Source: Piromyces finnis finn
Taxonomy: Eukaryota > Fungi > Neocallimastigomycota
Direction: 5' to 3'
Length of the DNA stretch: 64,000 nt
Assembly (NCBI GenBank): GCA_002104945.1
Contig: MCFH01000018.1
Coordinates: forward strand, 682,001 to 746,000
Under the pieces are notes generated by a model. It was not told the DNA's origin, did no database searches, and saw only the letters and a list, made by a program, of their open reading frames with translations. Shown one piece after another: positions 11,843-22,094 of this stretch. The translations under genes and the position numbers were made by a program. Each line of letters opens with the position of its first letter. Positions within the stretch are counted from its first letter, which is position 1.

Positions 11843-13351
11843 ATGCCATCTATTGCTATTGAAAATATTCCTATTATACCTAATAAGAGAAAGATTATTA
11901 CCTTAAAGGAAAAATCTTTAAAAGTTCCAAATATTCAAAAGAATATCAAATCTGAATATGCTCCACTCAATGGTCCAAAGTTATCCAATAGAGCTTTAGA
12001 AATTCAAAAAGAAGAATTTCTTTTAAGTAAAGGTATTATCATTGTCCGTAATAATAAATACCATCCAGAAACAAATCCAAATGGTATTATCAATCTCGGA
12101 ACTGCCGAAAACAAATTAAATAATGTTGAAATGTTAGGTAAAATCAATGATCCAAAAGTTTCAACTGTTACTGCTGAACAATTATTATATGGTCCAAATC
12201 CAGGATCTGATAGATTAAGAGAAGAAGTTGCCAAGTTATTAAATCGTCATTTCAATCCAAAAGTTTTATTAAGTAAAGAAAATATTTGTGTAGGAAATGG
12301 ATGTGGACCACTTCTTAATTTATGTGGAGAAGTTTTATTTGATCATGGAGATGCCGTTTTAGTTCCAGGACCATATTACGGAGGTTTCGAAGCTGATATT
12401 AAATATGGATCAAGAGTCTATACCATCCCGGTACCACATTGTGAAGGTGATTGTTTAAAGGTTGATGAAGCAGCCTTAGAAAAGGCATTAAAGAATGCTG
12501 ATAAACCAGTCAAAGGTATTATCATTGCTAATCCAAACAATCCATTTGGAAGAAGTTACAGTGCTGAACAACTTCTTCTTTTCTGTAATTTTGCTAAATC
12601 ACATGGATTAATAGTTATTTGTGATGAAATCTACGGACTTTCAACTTGGAAAGATATTACTGAACAAAATATTGAAGAAGGTAAAACCATCGAAGATTAT
12701 CATTGTCATTGTTCACAATGTCAAAGCTACAAAGATGCTCCAAGAATTGAAAGTGATATTGATGGAAAACAAAGTAAATTCACATCCATCTTTTCTTTAG
12801 ATCTTCCAGATCCAGAAAATACTCATGGATTATGGGGATTTTCTAAAGACTTTTGTTTAAATGGATTAAGAATCGGAGTAACCATTTCATATTCTAAAAC
12901 AGTTATGGCAGCTATGCAAAAGATTTGTTTCTTAACTTGTATTCCAACCAATATTGATAATATTCTTGTTAATATTTTATCAGATCAAGAATGGACTGAT
13001 CATTTCATTGTTAATAACAATCGTAAATTACTCAAGAACTACACTCACTTAACCAATTCATTAAATGCTCACCATATTCCATATGTTCAAGGAGATTCCG
13101 GATTCTTCATTTACATTGATCTTCATCAAGCCGGACTCAATGAATTTGATTTATGGATGAAGTTATTAGAAGGAGGAATTTACATTTCACCAAGTCAAGC
13201 CTTTTTCAGTGAAGATAAAGAATCGGAAAGAAATTGGTTCAGAATATGTTTTGCAGTTGAACAAGATGAACTCAACTTATCATTAGATAGAATCTATAAA
13301 GTAATAGATACTCTTAAACAACAAAATAAGCAACAAAAGTTATTAAACTAA
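11843..13351 (+). CDS. ACC-synthase-like PLP-dependent enzyme, paralog C (identical to B after the first ~14 residues)
   Basis: The translation matches paralog B from KRKIITLKEK to the stop. The N-termini differ (MPSIAIENIPIIPN vs MALATVEPIISK). Confidence 0.88.
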   Translation: MPSIAIENIPIIPNKRKIITLKEKSLKVPNIQKNIKSEYAPLNGPKLSNRALEIQKEEFLLSKGIIIVRNNKYHPETNPNGIINLGTAENKLNNVEMLGKINDPKVSTVTAEQLLYGPNPGSDRLREEVAKLLNRHFNPKVLLSKENICVGNGCGPLLNLCGEVLFDHGDAVLVPGPYYGGFEADIKYGSRVYTIPVPHCEGDCLKVDEAALEKALKNADKPVKGIIIANPNNPFGRSYSAEQLLLFCNFAKSHGLIVICDEIYGLSTWKDITEQNIEEGKTIEDYHCHCSQCQSYKDAPRIESDIDGKQSKFTSIFSLDLPDPENTHGLWGFSKDFCLNGLRIGVTISYSKTVMAAMQKICFLTCIPTNIDNILVNILSDQEWTDHFIVNNNRKLLKNYTHLTNSLNAHHIPYVQGDSGFFIYIDLHQAGLNEFDLWMKLLEGGIYISPSQAFFSEDKESERNWFRICFAVEQDELNLSLDRIYKVIDTLKQQNKQQKLLN

Positions 13352-13760
13352 ATATTAAATTAATCATTCAATTAAACATTAAAAATAAATTATAATTCAC
13401 AATTAATAATAATTATATACATAAATATATACATAAATACTCAATAATAACATATAATATTAACAAATATATAAATCATAAATTATACATCAATAACATT
13501 AAAAAATGAAGAAAGAAAACTTTATTTTTTAAAAATAGAAAAATTAATTATATTTTCATTATTATTAAATTAATAGAATCATAATCTTAAGTTAATAATA
13601 ATTGTACTTTGTATCTATTACTATTCATTAATTTATTCACTCATTTATCTATCTATCTAATATTTAACTTTAGAAATTAATTTTATTTTTTAATATCCTA
13701 TAAACTATAAACTGTAAATAATTAAAAACAAATTTAATAAATATTAATTAAATATTATAT
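11885..13760 (+). repeat. Right arm of the ~1.87 kb inverted repeat
   Basis: CDS spot checks were identical to the left arm. The 3' flank shows scattered substitutions. Confidence 0.85.
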
Positions 13761-14491
13761 AAATATTTATATATAAAAAATTCCTTTTTATATTAATTCT
13801 TTTTTGTGTATTATTATTAACTTATTTTATAAATTGCTTTTTTAAAGAAACACTTTTTGAAGTACTATAAATTTTTTAACATAAATAAAAATAAAATCCT
13901 TAATACACATTTACTTTTATTAATGAGCCCTTTGATATTTTTTAATTTATTTGTAAATAAATCCATACTTTGAATTAATATATTTTTATTATTAAACCAA
14001 GTTTTCCAATTTTTAATATTGAGAATAAATAAAAGGTAGAACCATTAATATTATATATAATTTTTCCCCTTAAAATATCTTTATTTGAATATTTTATTAA
14101 ATATATACAACTTATTACTTTTAAAGTAAAACAATTAAAAGTAATAATAATTCCAATGGGCTAAATAAGAAATTCCAATTTTTAATAAAACCATTTTATT
14201 ATATTATATAAAACTTTCAACAACTTTAATATTTCTTATTGTAAATAAAACAGTACTATTAATATAAGTAAATTAAGAAGATATCGCTTCAAAAAAAATA
14301 TTTCACTTTACTTATGGAATTAATTCATTTATTCCAGGAAATTCAGTTACTTTTGTTGTCTTTACTCAAACTTGGTTATTGATACTATATGTTGTAATTA
14401 TTATTGTTAATATTTTAAAAATTATAAATTTCAATTTAATTATCAATTAGATATTTTAGACATTTGATGTTAAAAAATTTATTCTTATATG

Positions 14492-15577
14492 TTTTTTTTT
14501 TAACAACATCAAATATTTTTAAATTTGTTATAGAAAATAAAAATAAAAAATAAAAAAATATGTTTTAACACAAATGAATAAAAATTAGGTATAATGTATT
14601 CTAGTAATTTTAATTAAAGTAAGAAATCTACTATTATACTTAAGTATAATAATTGTATTTGACTTACAATGGGACTCTGAGCCAAAGATCAAAATTTTGT
14701 CATGGGACAATATTATGATCTCCATTGGTTGCGCTGGCCCTCTGGCCTGTCTTACTGTTTCTTCAGCATTGACGCTCTTGGATGTTGCTTCAAACCTTTT
14801 GAACATTGACCATTGCTGGCCAATAGCAAAAGGCATGATTTTGGTTAGAAGTTCCGCTATTACTATCAAAAATGGTATCCCTTCGTTAAGTGTCCGCTTG
14901 AATCTGACACTTGCAAAGTTCTTTCCATTCCCTTGAATTGCAATTGATATTAAAACTCCTCCCCAAAAGGAATTTAAATATTTTATTGCACACACAAACA
15001 CACAAGAGTAATCATACACATTAATATTCACCGGATTATTAGAATTATTACTGTTATTAACTAAATTACTATCTAAATTAGAATTATTATCTATGCTATT
15101 ACTATTATTATTACTACTATTATTAAAATTATTATTATTATTAATGACTATTACTATTATTATTATTGCCATCTACTGATATTAACATTCTCATTATTAT
15201 TGATTGATAGGACTTTTGGAATTACGTTGACTAAAAAAATTTAATAGTTGGACTATGTAAATGTAATGTTTAATAAGTGTATCTCTAAAGGTTGGACAAT
15301 CTAATAATCAATGTTTAATACTCTGATCACCACTTTTACAATATGGACAGTAGTTTGGACAAACTGGATCAACAATTTTGGCAGCTTTTGAAACTCTAGC
15401 ATCAAACTTATATCCGCTTCTTGCTTTCAATAGCCAGTAGAAACCGTTGGCAAACTCTGGTACTCATAACATAATTTAATAAAATCTTTAGTTTCAATAA
15501 ATTTATTATCATCATAATATTGGGCTTTGATTGAATTTCCTTTGAGATCTTTCCAATAAATATTTTCTAACTTCTTT
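14492..15577 (-). mobile_element. Older, 5'-truncated, frameshifted copy of the LINE (3' ~1.1 kb), with a short poly(A)
   Basis: Colinear with 15648..~16809 of the intact copy (shared gatctccattggttgcgctggccctc, cattgaccattgctggccaatagcaaaaggc and 3' UTR), with many substitutions and indels. T-run at 14492-14501 is followed by aacaacatcaaatatttt. Confidence 0.88.
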
Positions 15578-15603
15578 GATGTGAATTTTGCTGACAATTC
15601 TTA

Positions 15604-15650
<47 letters not shown>

Positions 15651-15886
15651 GGCATCAAATATTTTAAACTTTATTATTAATTTAATTAAAATTATAATAC
15701 ATGTAATATAAAAATTAAAATAAAATAAAAATAAAAAAAATATGTTTAAATAAACACAAATGAATAAAAATTGGGTATAATGTATTCTAGTAATTTTAAT
15801 TAAAGTAAGAAAGCCACTATCATACTAAAGTATAATAATTGTATTTGACTTCCAATGGGACACCGAGCCAAAGATCAAAAATTTTG

Positions 15887-18800
15887 TCATGGAACAAAAT
15901 TATGATCTCCATTGGTTGCGCTGGCCCTCCTGGCCTGTCTTACTGTTTCTTCAGCATTGACGCTCTTGGATGTTGCTTCAAACCTTTTGAACATTGACCA
16001 TTGCTGGCCAATAGCAAAAGGCATGATTTTGGTTAGAAGTTCCGCGGTTACCGTCAAGAATGGTGTTCCTTCGTTAGTATCAGATTGAATCTGACGCTTA
16101 CAAAGTTCTTTCCATTCCCTTGAATTGTAATTAATATTGTTAAAACTTCTTCCCCCAAGAAGGAATTTAAATATTTTACTGCACACACTAGAATAATCAT
16201 ACACATTAATATTCACCGGATTATTAGAACTATTACTATCATTAACTAAATTACTATCTAAATTAGAATTATTATCTTCACTATTGCTATCATTACTAAT
16301 ATTATTATTTCTATTATTGTTATTATTACTATTGTTACTATTACTATTGTTACTATTACTATTGTTATTACTACTATTGTTACTATTACTATTAATGTTA
16401 TTACTATCTCTACTGATATTATCAATTTCATTATTATTGATAGGACTATTGGAATTACGTTGACTGAAAAAATTTAATAGCTGGACTATGGAATCATAAT
16501 GTTTAATACGGATATCTCTAAATGTTGGACAATCTAATAACCAATGTTTAATACTTTGATCTCCACACTTGCAACATGGACAGTAGTTAGGACAAACTGG
16601 ATCAACAAATTTGGCAGCTTTGGCAACTCTAGCATCCAACTTGTATCCGCTTCTTGCTTTCAATAGCCAGTAGAAGCCATAGGCAAACTCTGGGTACTCA
16701 TAACATAATTTAATAAAATCTTTAGTTTCAATAAATTTATTATCATCATAATATTGCGCTTTGATTGAATTCCCTTTGAGATCTTTCCAATAAAAGTTTT
16801 TAACTGCTTTAACATCTCCATGTTTCTTTAATTTTTTATCAAGTGTCCTACTTGATTTGCACCACGTGTATTTTCTAAATTTAGGAATGTAATTGACAAG
16901 GTGTGAGATAATACAATTTGAGTTTTTCCATTTGTTAAAACATCTAACCTGAGCTAACGCACATTTGGCTGACAGTGGAGGAATATTCAAATCTTTTGAA
17001 ATAGAGTATAAAGATATAAACGATACAGCTTTATGAACTCCGGCAACCCATCGTATTCCTTTGTTAACATGCTTCTGAGCAATTCTAGACCTAGCTTTGT
17101 TGGATCCAAGTAATGGTGCAAAGTATGAAACTCTGCTAATCACTTGTGAGTTAAGTACTAGTTTTTTGAAAGGAATAGGAATATTAGGATTTCTTAAGAA
17201 TTTACTGACTGAGAAAAGCCCTTTCAAAACCTTGTTATTAAGAGCTTTAATTACTGGTTTAAGGGACAGATTCTTATCAAATGGAACACCAAGATAAGTA
17301 TAGCAATCAGTAGTTGGAATGGGTTGTCCTGCTAAGTAAAATGTTGGATCTCTCTTGTTCTGATTTTCTATTGATTCAGGACGAATCACCATCGTTGAAC
17401 ATTTCTGGATACCAAATTCCATTTCATTATACAAGGCCCATTCATTAACTCTTCTAAGCATCTTTTTTAAGCATCCTCTTGTTGGAGCACAAATAACTAT
17501 ATCATCTGCAAAAAGTCCACCACAGCATCGAGTGTCACCTAAACTGACTCCTAGATCTTCGCACTCTCTAAATATATCATTAATAAAGAGATTAAAGAGA
17601 ATAGGAGAAAGAGGGCAACCTTGACGGACTCCTTTCTTCACATCAAAAGATTTCGAGAATTGTCCATCTAATTTGACATTAGCCTTAGATGTTAAATATA
17701 AATTTTTGATAAATTGTAGACTCTTACCTCGGATTCCTAAACAATCTAATTTATGGAGAATATTACCGATTGGGACTGAATCGTATGCTTTCCTGAGATC
17801 TAAAAAGGCCAAATATGTCTCTTTATTATCTAATTGACGTCTACGGCATATTTCTTGGATTGAAATGAAAAGACTAATACTTTCTTCCTTTTTTCGAAAA
17901 CCAAATTGTTCAGGTCTAATGAAATTATTCTTTAAACCATATTCTGAGATTCTAGTGGTGACAATTTTGGAAATCAACTTAATACCATTATTGATAAGTG
18001 ATATACCTCGATAGTTATCACAATCTGTCAAATCTCCCTTCTTAGGAATAGAAACAATACTGGATTCATTCCATGAGTTGGGGAAATCTCCATCCCAAAT
18101 ACGGTTGAATAATTTAAGAATAAAATTTAAACCATGAGCATCATTATCTGAAGTAGCATTACCAGAAGAATTATTATCTGTAGCATTATTAGAATCATTA
18201 CTTGATGGAACTAATGCTTTGTAAAATTCAATTGGAATACCATCCGGACCTGATGCTTTATAATTTGGAGTAGTGAGGATAGCTGACTTGACTTCATCAA
18301 TACTAATATCTTGGTTGATATCCCACTCATCAAGCATAGGAAGTGAAAAACGTTTATTCGTTGGTTCTTCATACCAATGCTCCAAATCAAGACTTATACC
18401 ACTTGGGTCTGATGCAAGATTTTCGAAATGATCATGCCACACATCTAGTTGTTCTTCTGTAGCAACAACTAATTCTCCATTTTTATTTTTAATTGGTTGA
18501 GCAATAAAGAAAGAATCTTTTCCAATTTTTGCAGTTTTCTTGATCCATTTCCAGGCCTTCTTAGGATTATGACTCTTCATATACTCACATCCTGTTTTAA
18601 TCCAATGAAGATATTCTTGCTTCCTAAATTCATTACATCTTTTGTGGATGTAATCAATGAGTTTACGGTAGATTTTAATTCTTTTAATAAATTCATCTAT
18701 ATCATAAATTCTTTCTTTTTTAAATCTCTTATACAACTTCATTTTGATTTTTTGAAGATTAAAAATTTGTTGTGAAATATGAAATGAAGACTTTATAACA

Positions 18801-20410
18801 TTATTTGCTGAAGTAATACTGAGCTCGTCTGCAATTGAAAAAGCAGTTGAAGTAAACTCTTTGGAAAGTTCATCTGTAGAAACATTAGGATCGTTGAATT
18901 TTGCTGAAAGTATTTGGAATTTATTATGACTGAGAATAGATTCCTTTTCCTCAATACATTTTAATCTATTCCATTTCAGAATTTTCTTAGGAACATTAAA
19001 GTCATTAGAAAAATCTTCCATAGGAATAATTTTACCATTAATAAGAAGTGGCTTATGGTCTGACACAGGATAAAAATTATTTATAAATGATCCTGAGTGA
19101 ATAAGATCTTTCATCTTCGAATTGATAAGAGCATGGTCAATGTCGGAAGATTGATCACCTCGAGTCCAAGAGATAGTAGACCCTCTAAGCGGAAGAATTT
19201 CCCAATCTCCTAATCCATTAGTTGATAACCAGTTGGATAATTTTACTTTAGACATATTAAAATCACCAACAAGAATCGATGGATGGGATGAATGAGTTTG
19301 TAACCACAAGCGAACTTCTAACTTTGCATGATCAACATAGATGTTGTGATGACTATGAGGCATATAAACATTTCCAATCGAGCATTTGAATCTATTCCAG
19401 AGACTAAAAGTATAAATAGAAATAATATACTTTCCAGAGAAGTTTTCAAGTGAGGCTTGACACGAATTGTGAAAACCTAAATATAAACCTCTCATTCCTG
19501 GAACTGATTCGTCAGCTTTCTTGAAAAAGTGTCTATAGTTTCGCAAAGTAACACGACAAGGATAATCTGTATTCGAACCAGAACCATTACCAGTTTCTTG
19601 GAAACATAAAAATAATGGTTTGAAAATAGCTGTGAAATAGCTAATACTATCTCTCTTTTCGTGATTCCACCCATTGGTGTTCCAACTAAGACAAAAAGAA
19701 AAGTTATCAGGCTTGTTGGATGAGGAAGAATCGTTGCTATTATTATTATTATTAAAGTCATCGTTATTAATGGATGATGCATCAGAGGAATAAGTAGAAC
19801 TATTACTAGATGGCTGTGAAACTGAAGAACTATCAACTATTGAACTGTTATCAGAGTTGATAGAGCTATTAGAATTAATTGTTGAATGTTGAGATTGAAA
19901 TTGTGTTTGCTGTAGATCTGGAATATTTTCATGATTGGAAACTTGTTGAAGATCTTGTTGAAGATCTAGTTGAAGATCGGATTGTTGATGAGATTGTTGA
20001 ACTGATTGTTGAAATGATTGTTGAATAGAATGTTGATGTTTATTAGAAACTAAAATTTTACGTTTGAGAGTGGAAAAAGTGTATTTGTGATTCCTTCTAC
20101 TACGAGCTGAAAAGGAAATTGAGGTAACTGAAAGTTTCTTCTTTAACATGTGTAAGATTTTAATACAATCTTTCGATGAACCATGAACCTTGACTAAGAA
20201 AAAGTGATCATTGAAAGTCTGAAAATATTTAACACTAATAACTGAATTAAATTTATCTTCTAGAATAACCTCGAGTTTTTCCCATAGCATATTTACTGAC
20301 CATGATCGAATACCACGGATAAAGAAGGAGCGAATATCATTTAAGGGGATACCATAAGACCGGGTACCACGTCTGATATAATTCTTGTCTTTAATATAAA
20401 GGACTGACAT
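15887..20410 (-). CDS. LINE polyprotein: N-terminal extension + APE endonuclease + reverse transcriptase + C-terminal CCHC-type zinc knuckle
   Basis: EN motifs WNTNG, LCFQET, VGDFN, SDIDH, SDHKPL. RT motifs GPDGIP, YRGISL, EQFGFR, FLDLRKAYDSV, GVRQGCPLSPILFN, FADDIV. C-terminal CPCCKCGDQSIKHWLLDC. Confidence 0.95.
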   Translation of the reverse strand: MSVLYIKDKNYIRRGTRSYGIPLNDIRSFFIRGIRSWSVNMLWEKLEVILEDKFNSVISVKYFQTFNDHFFLVKVHGSSKDCIKILHMLKKKLSVTSISFSARSRRNHKYTFSTLKRKILVSNKHQHSIQQSFQQSVQQSHQQSDLQLDLQQDLQQVSNHENIPDLQQTQFQSQHSTINSNSSINSDNSSIVDSSSVSQPSSNSSTYSSDASSINNDDFNNNNNSNDSSSSNKPDNFSFCLSWNTNGWNHEKRDSISYFTAIFKPLFLCFQETGNGSGSNTDYPCRVTLRNYRHFFKKADESVPGMRGLYLGFHNSCQASLENFSGKYIISIYTFSLWNRFKCSIGNVYMPHSHHNIYVDHAKLEVRLWLQTHSSHPSILVGDFNMSKVKLSNWLSTNGLGDWEILPLRGSTISWTRGDQSSDIDHALINSKMKDLIHSGSFINNFYPVSDHKPLLINGKIIPMEDFSNDFNVPKKILKWNRLKCIEEKESILSHNKFQILSAKFNDPNVSTDELSKEFTSTAFSIADELSITSANNVIKSSFHISQQIFNLQKIKMKLYKRFKKERIYDIDEFIKRIKIYRKLIDYIHKRCNEFRKQEYLHWIKTGCEYMKSHNPKKAWKWIKKTAKIGKDSFFIAQPIKNKNGELVVATEEQLDVWHDHFENLASDPSGISLDLEHWYEEPTNKRFSLPMLDEWDINQDISIDEVKSAILTTPNYKASGPDGIPIEFYKALVPSSNDSNNATDNNSSGNATSDNDAHGLNFILKLFNRIWDGDFPNSWNESSIVSIPKKGDLTDCDNYRGISLINNGIKLISKIVTTRISEYGLKNNFIRPEQFGFRKKEESISLFISIQEICRRRQLDNKETYLAFLDLRKAYDSVPIGNILHKLDCLGIRGKSLQFIKNLYLTSKANVKLDGQFSKSFDVKKGVRQGCPLSPILFNLFINDIFRECEDLGVSLGDTRCCGGLFADDIVICAPTRGCLKKMLRRVNEWALYNEMEFGIQKCSTMVIRPESIENQNKRDPTFYLAGQPIPTTDCYTYLGVPFDKNLSLKPVIKALNNKVLKGLFSVSKFLRNPNIPIPFKKLVLNSQVISRVSYFAPLLGSNKARSRIAQKHVNKGIRWVAGVHKAVSFISLYSISKDLNIPPLSAKCALAQVRCFNKWKNSNCIISHLVNYIPKFRKYTWCKSSRTLDKKLKKHGDVKAVKNFYWKDLKGNSIKAQYYDDNKFIETKDFIKLCYEYPEFAYGFYWLLKARSGYKLDARVAKAAKFVDPVCPNYCPCCKCGDQSIKHWLLDCPTFRDIRIKHYDSIVQLLNFFSQRNSNSPINNNEIDNISRDSNNINSNSNNSSNNNSNSNNSNSNNSNNNNNRNNNISNDSNSEDNNSNLDSNLVNDSNSSNNPVNINVYDYSSVCSKIFKFLLGGRSFNNINYNSREWKELCKRQIQSDTNEGTPFLTVTAELLTKIMPFAIGQQWSMFKRFEATSKSVNAEETVRQARRASATNGDHNFVP

Positions 20411-21057
20411 GATAATAAATTCTAATTAAAAATATTGAATATAAAATAAATACTAATAAAAATTATAAATATAACGTGTATGGAAAAAAAATCTGTCTCT
20501 CTCTCTCTTCTTAAAAGTACTGGATAGTACAAAAATTGTTACGATGCTTTGTTTAAAGTTTTTTTTTTTTTTTGAATTCTAGTTGTAAATTTTCTTTAAA
20601 AATTCTAGTTTTGGTTTGTTGTTAGTAAATTCGAATCGCTTTTTGACACTAAACTTGTTTGACTTTACTTTTCATTAAATATTTAAATTGGTAAAAAATT
20701 TGAATCAAGAATGTCGACACCAGAAAGCTTGTGAATAGTATTTTTACATGATGTAGAGTGAATCAGTCTCTTACAAGAAACAATACAACAATAGCTACAT
20801 GAATATAAAAGTACAATGCAAATGCTAAAGTTGACTACATTGGATTCTTACAAGAGAAGAGTAGTACTACATGAATACATGAATAAAAGAAAAAATACAG
20901 CAACAAAATGTATTACTCTTCTAATTAAATACTATACAAACTTACCTGAATATCAAACATTCAACTTATTCATCAAATACTTAATTCGATGAATAAAATG
21001 TTTTTTAATCGCTCAGTACCATGAGCTTAGTCCTAATAATTTTCCCTTAAAGACTAA

Positions 21058-21302
21058 CCAAGCATCCATTGCGCAATGCTTGGATTTAATTCTTTCTACT
21101 CTCTCAGTACCATGAGCATGAGTAGACCCCCTTGATAAACTCCATTATTAAATAAATGAAGGCACGTTCCTAAGAGGGCACCAAGCATCCATTGCGCAAT
21201 ACTTGGATTTAATTCTTTCTACTCTCTCAGTACCATGAGCATGAGTAGACCCCCTTGAGAAACTACATTTATTAAATAAATGAAGGCACGTTCCCAAGAG
21301 GG
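21058..21302 (-). repeat. Two tandem ~123-bp monomers at the extreme 5' end of the LINE
   Basis: Units start at 21058 and 21181 (ccaagcatccattgcgcaat...) and differ at only a few positions. A partial third motif, gctcagtaccatgagc, lies at 21011-21026. Confidence 0.92.
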
Positions 21303-21399
21303 ATTCTTATATATTAACTGAACTAATTTATAAGAATAAAGAAGTATTAAAAATAAGATAATCTAATATAATATAATTAATTAATTAATTAATTAATTA

Positions 21400-21525
<126 letters not shown>

Positions 21526-22094
21526 GATATTCCATATTAATCAGTGAAAGTTGGAAAAATATTATAAAATATCATTCTAAATTGAAATTAAAGAAAAATA
21601 AAAATATATTATAATTATTATAATTACTAATTTATAAATAATTTCTATGTATTATAATTTCTAATTAGAATAAATACATAATAAAATCGAAGAAAGTTAT
21701 ATGAATTAATTGATTTACCATATTCATAAACTAAGTATAATTATGCTACTTTTCAATATTTTCTTTAAGATTTTATAATAATAATATATAAATATATAAA
21801 TTTATTTAAATAATATGTTTTTATATATTTATTTTATTTTATTTTATTTATTTACTTTTTTTTGTTGAGAATATACATTTATTAAGAATTTAATGATAAA
21901 TATGTGTATGTAATTATAAAATAATAGTTAAAAATCAAAACTTTCTATATATATATATATAAATATGGTTAATAATTGAGTAAAATCAAAAATGAATAAA
22001 ACTAAAAATAATATTGATATTTTATTTGTTCCAAAAAAAATTTTTTTTTTTTAATTAATTTATATTGTCTTATTTCAAATGCTATTCAGTTATC

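Larger units (their letters stand above)
15610..21302 (-). mobile_element. Full-length non-LTR retrotransposon (LINE) with APE endonuclease, single ORF, poly(A) tail and 13-bp TSD
   Basis: Poly(A) appears as a T-run at 15608-15647. TSD attcttatatatt at 15597-15609 and 21303-21315. Uninterrupted 1507-aa ORF, and visibly higher GC than the flanks. Confidence 0.93.

Noticed and set aside
14455-14480. catttgatgttaaaaaa as a fourth, opposite-strand LINE 3' stub
   Set aside because: Only about 10 informative bases match in very AT-rich DNA, with no convincing poly(A) or TSD.
14585-15172. 195-aa ORF as an independent gene
   Set aside because: Out-of-frame read-through of the decayed LINE copy; it only partly matches the true C-terminus.
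21058-21302. 123-bp repeats as a CRISPR array or as LTRs
   Set aside because: Eukaryotic context, no spacers, only two adjacent units, present at one end only, and the element has poly(A) and an APE-type EN.
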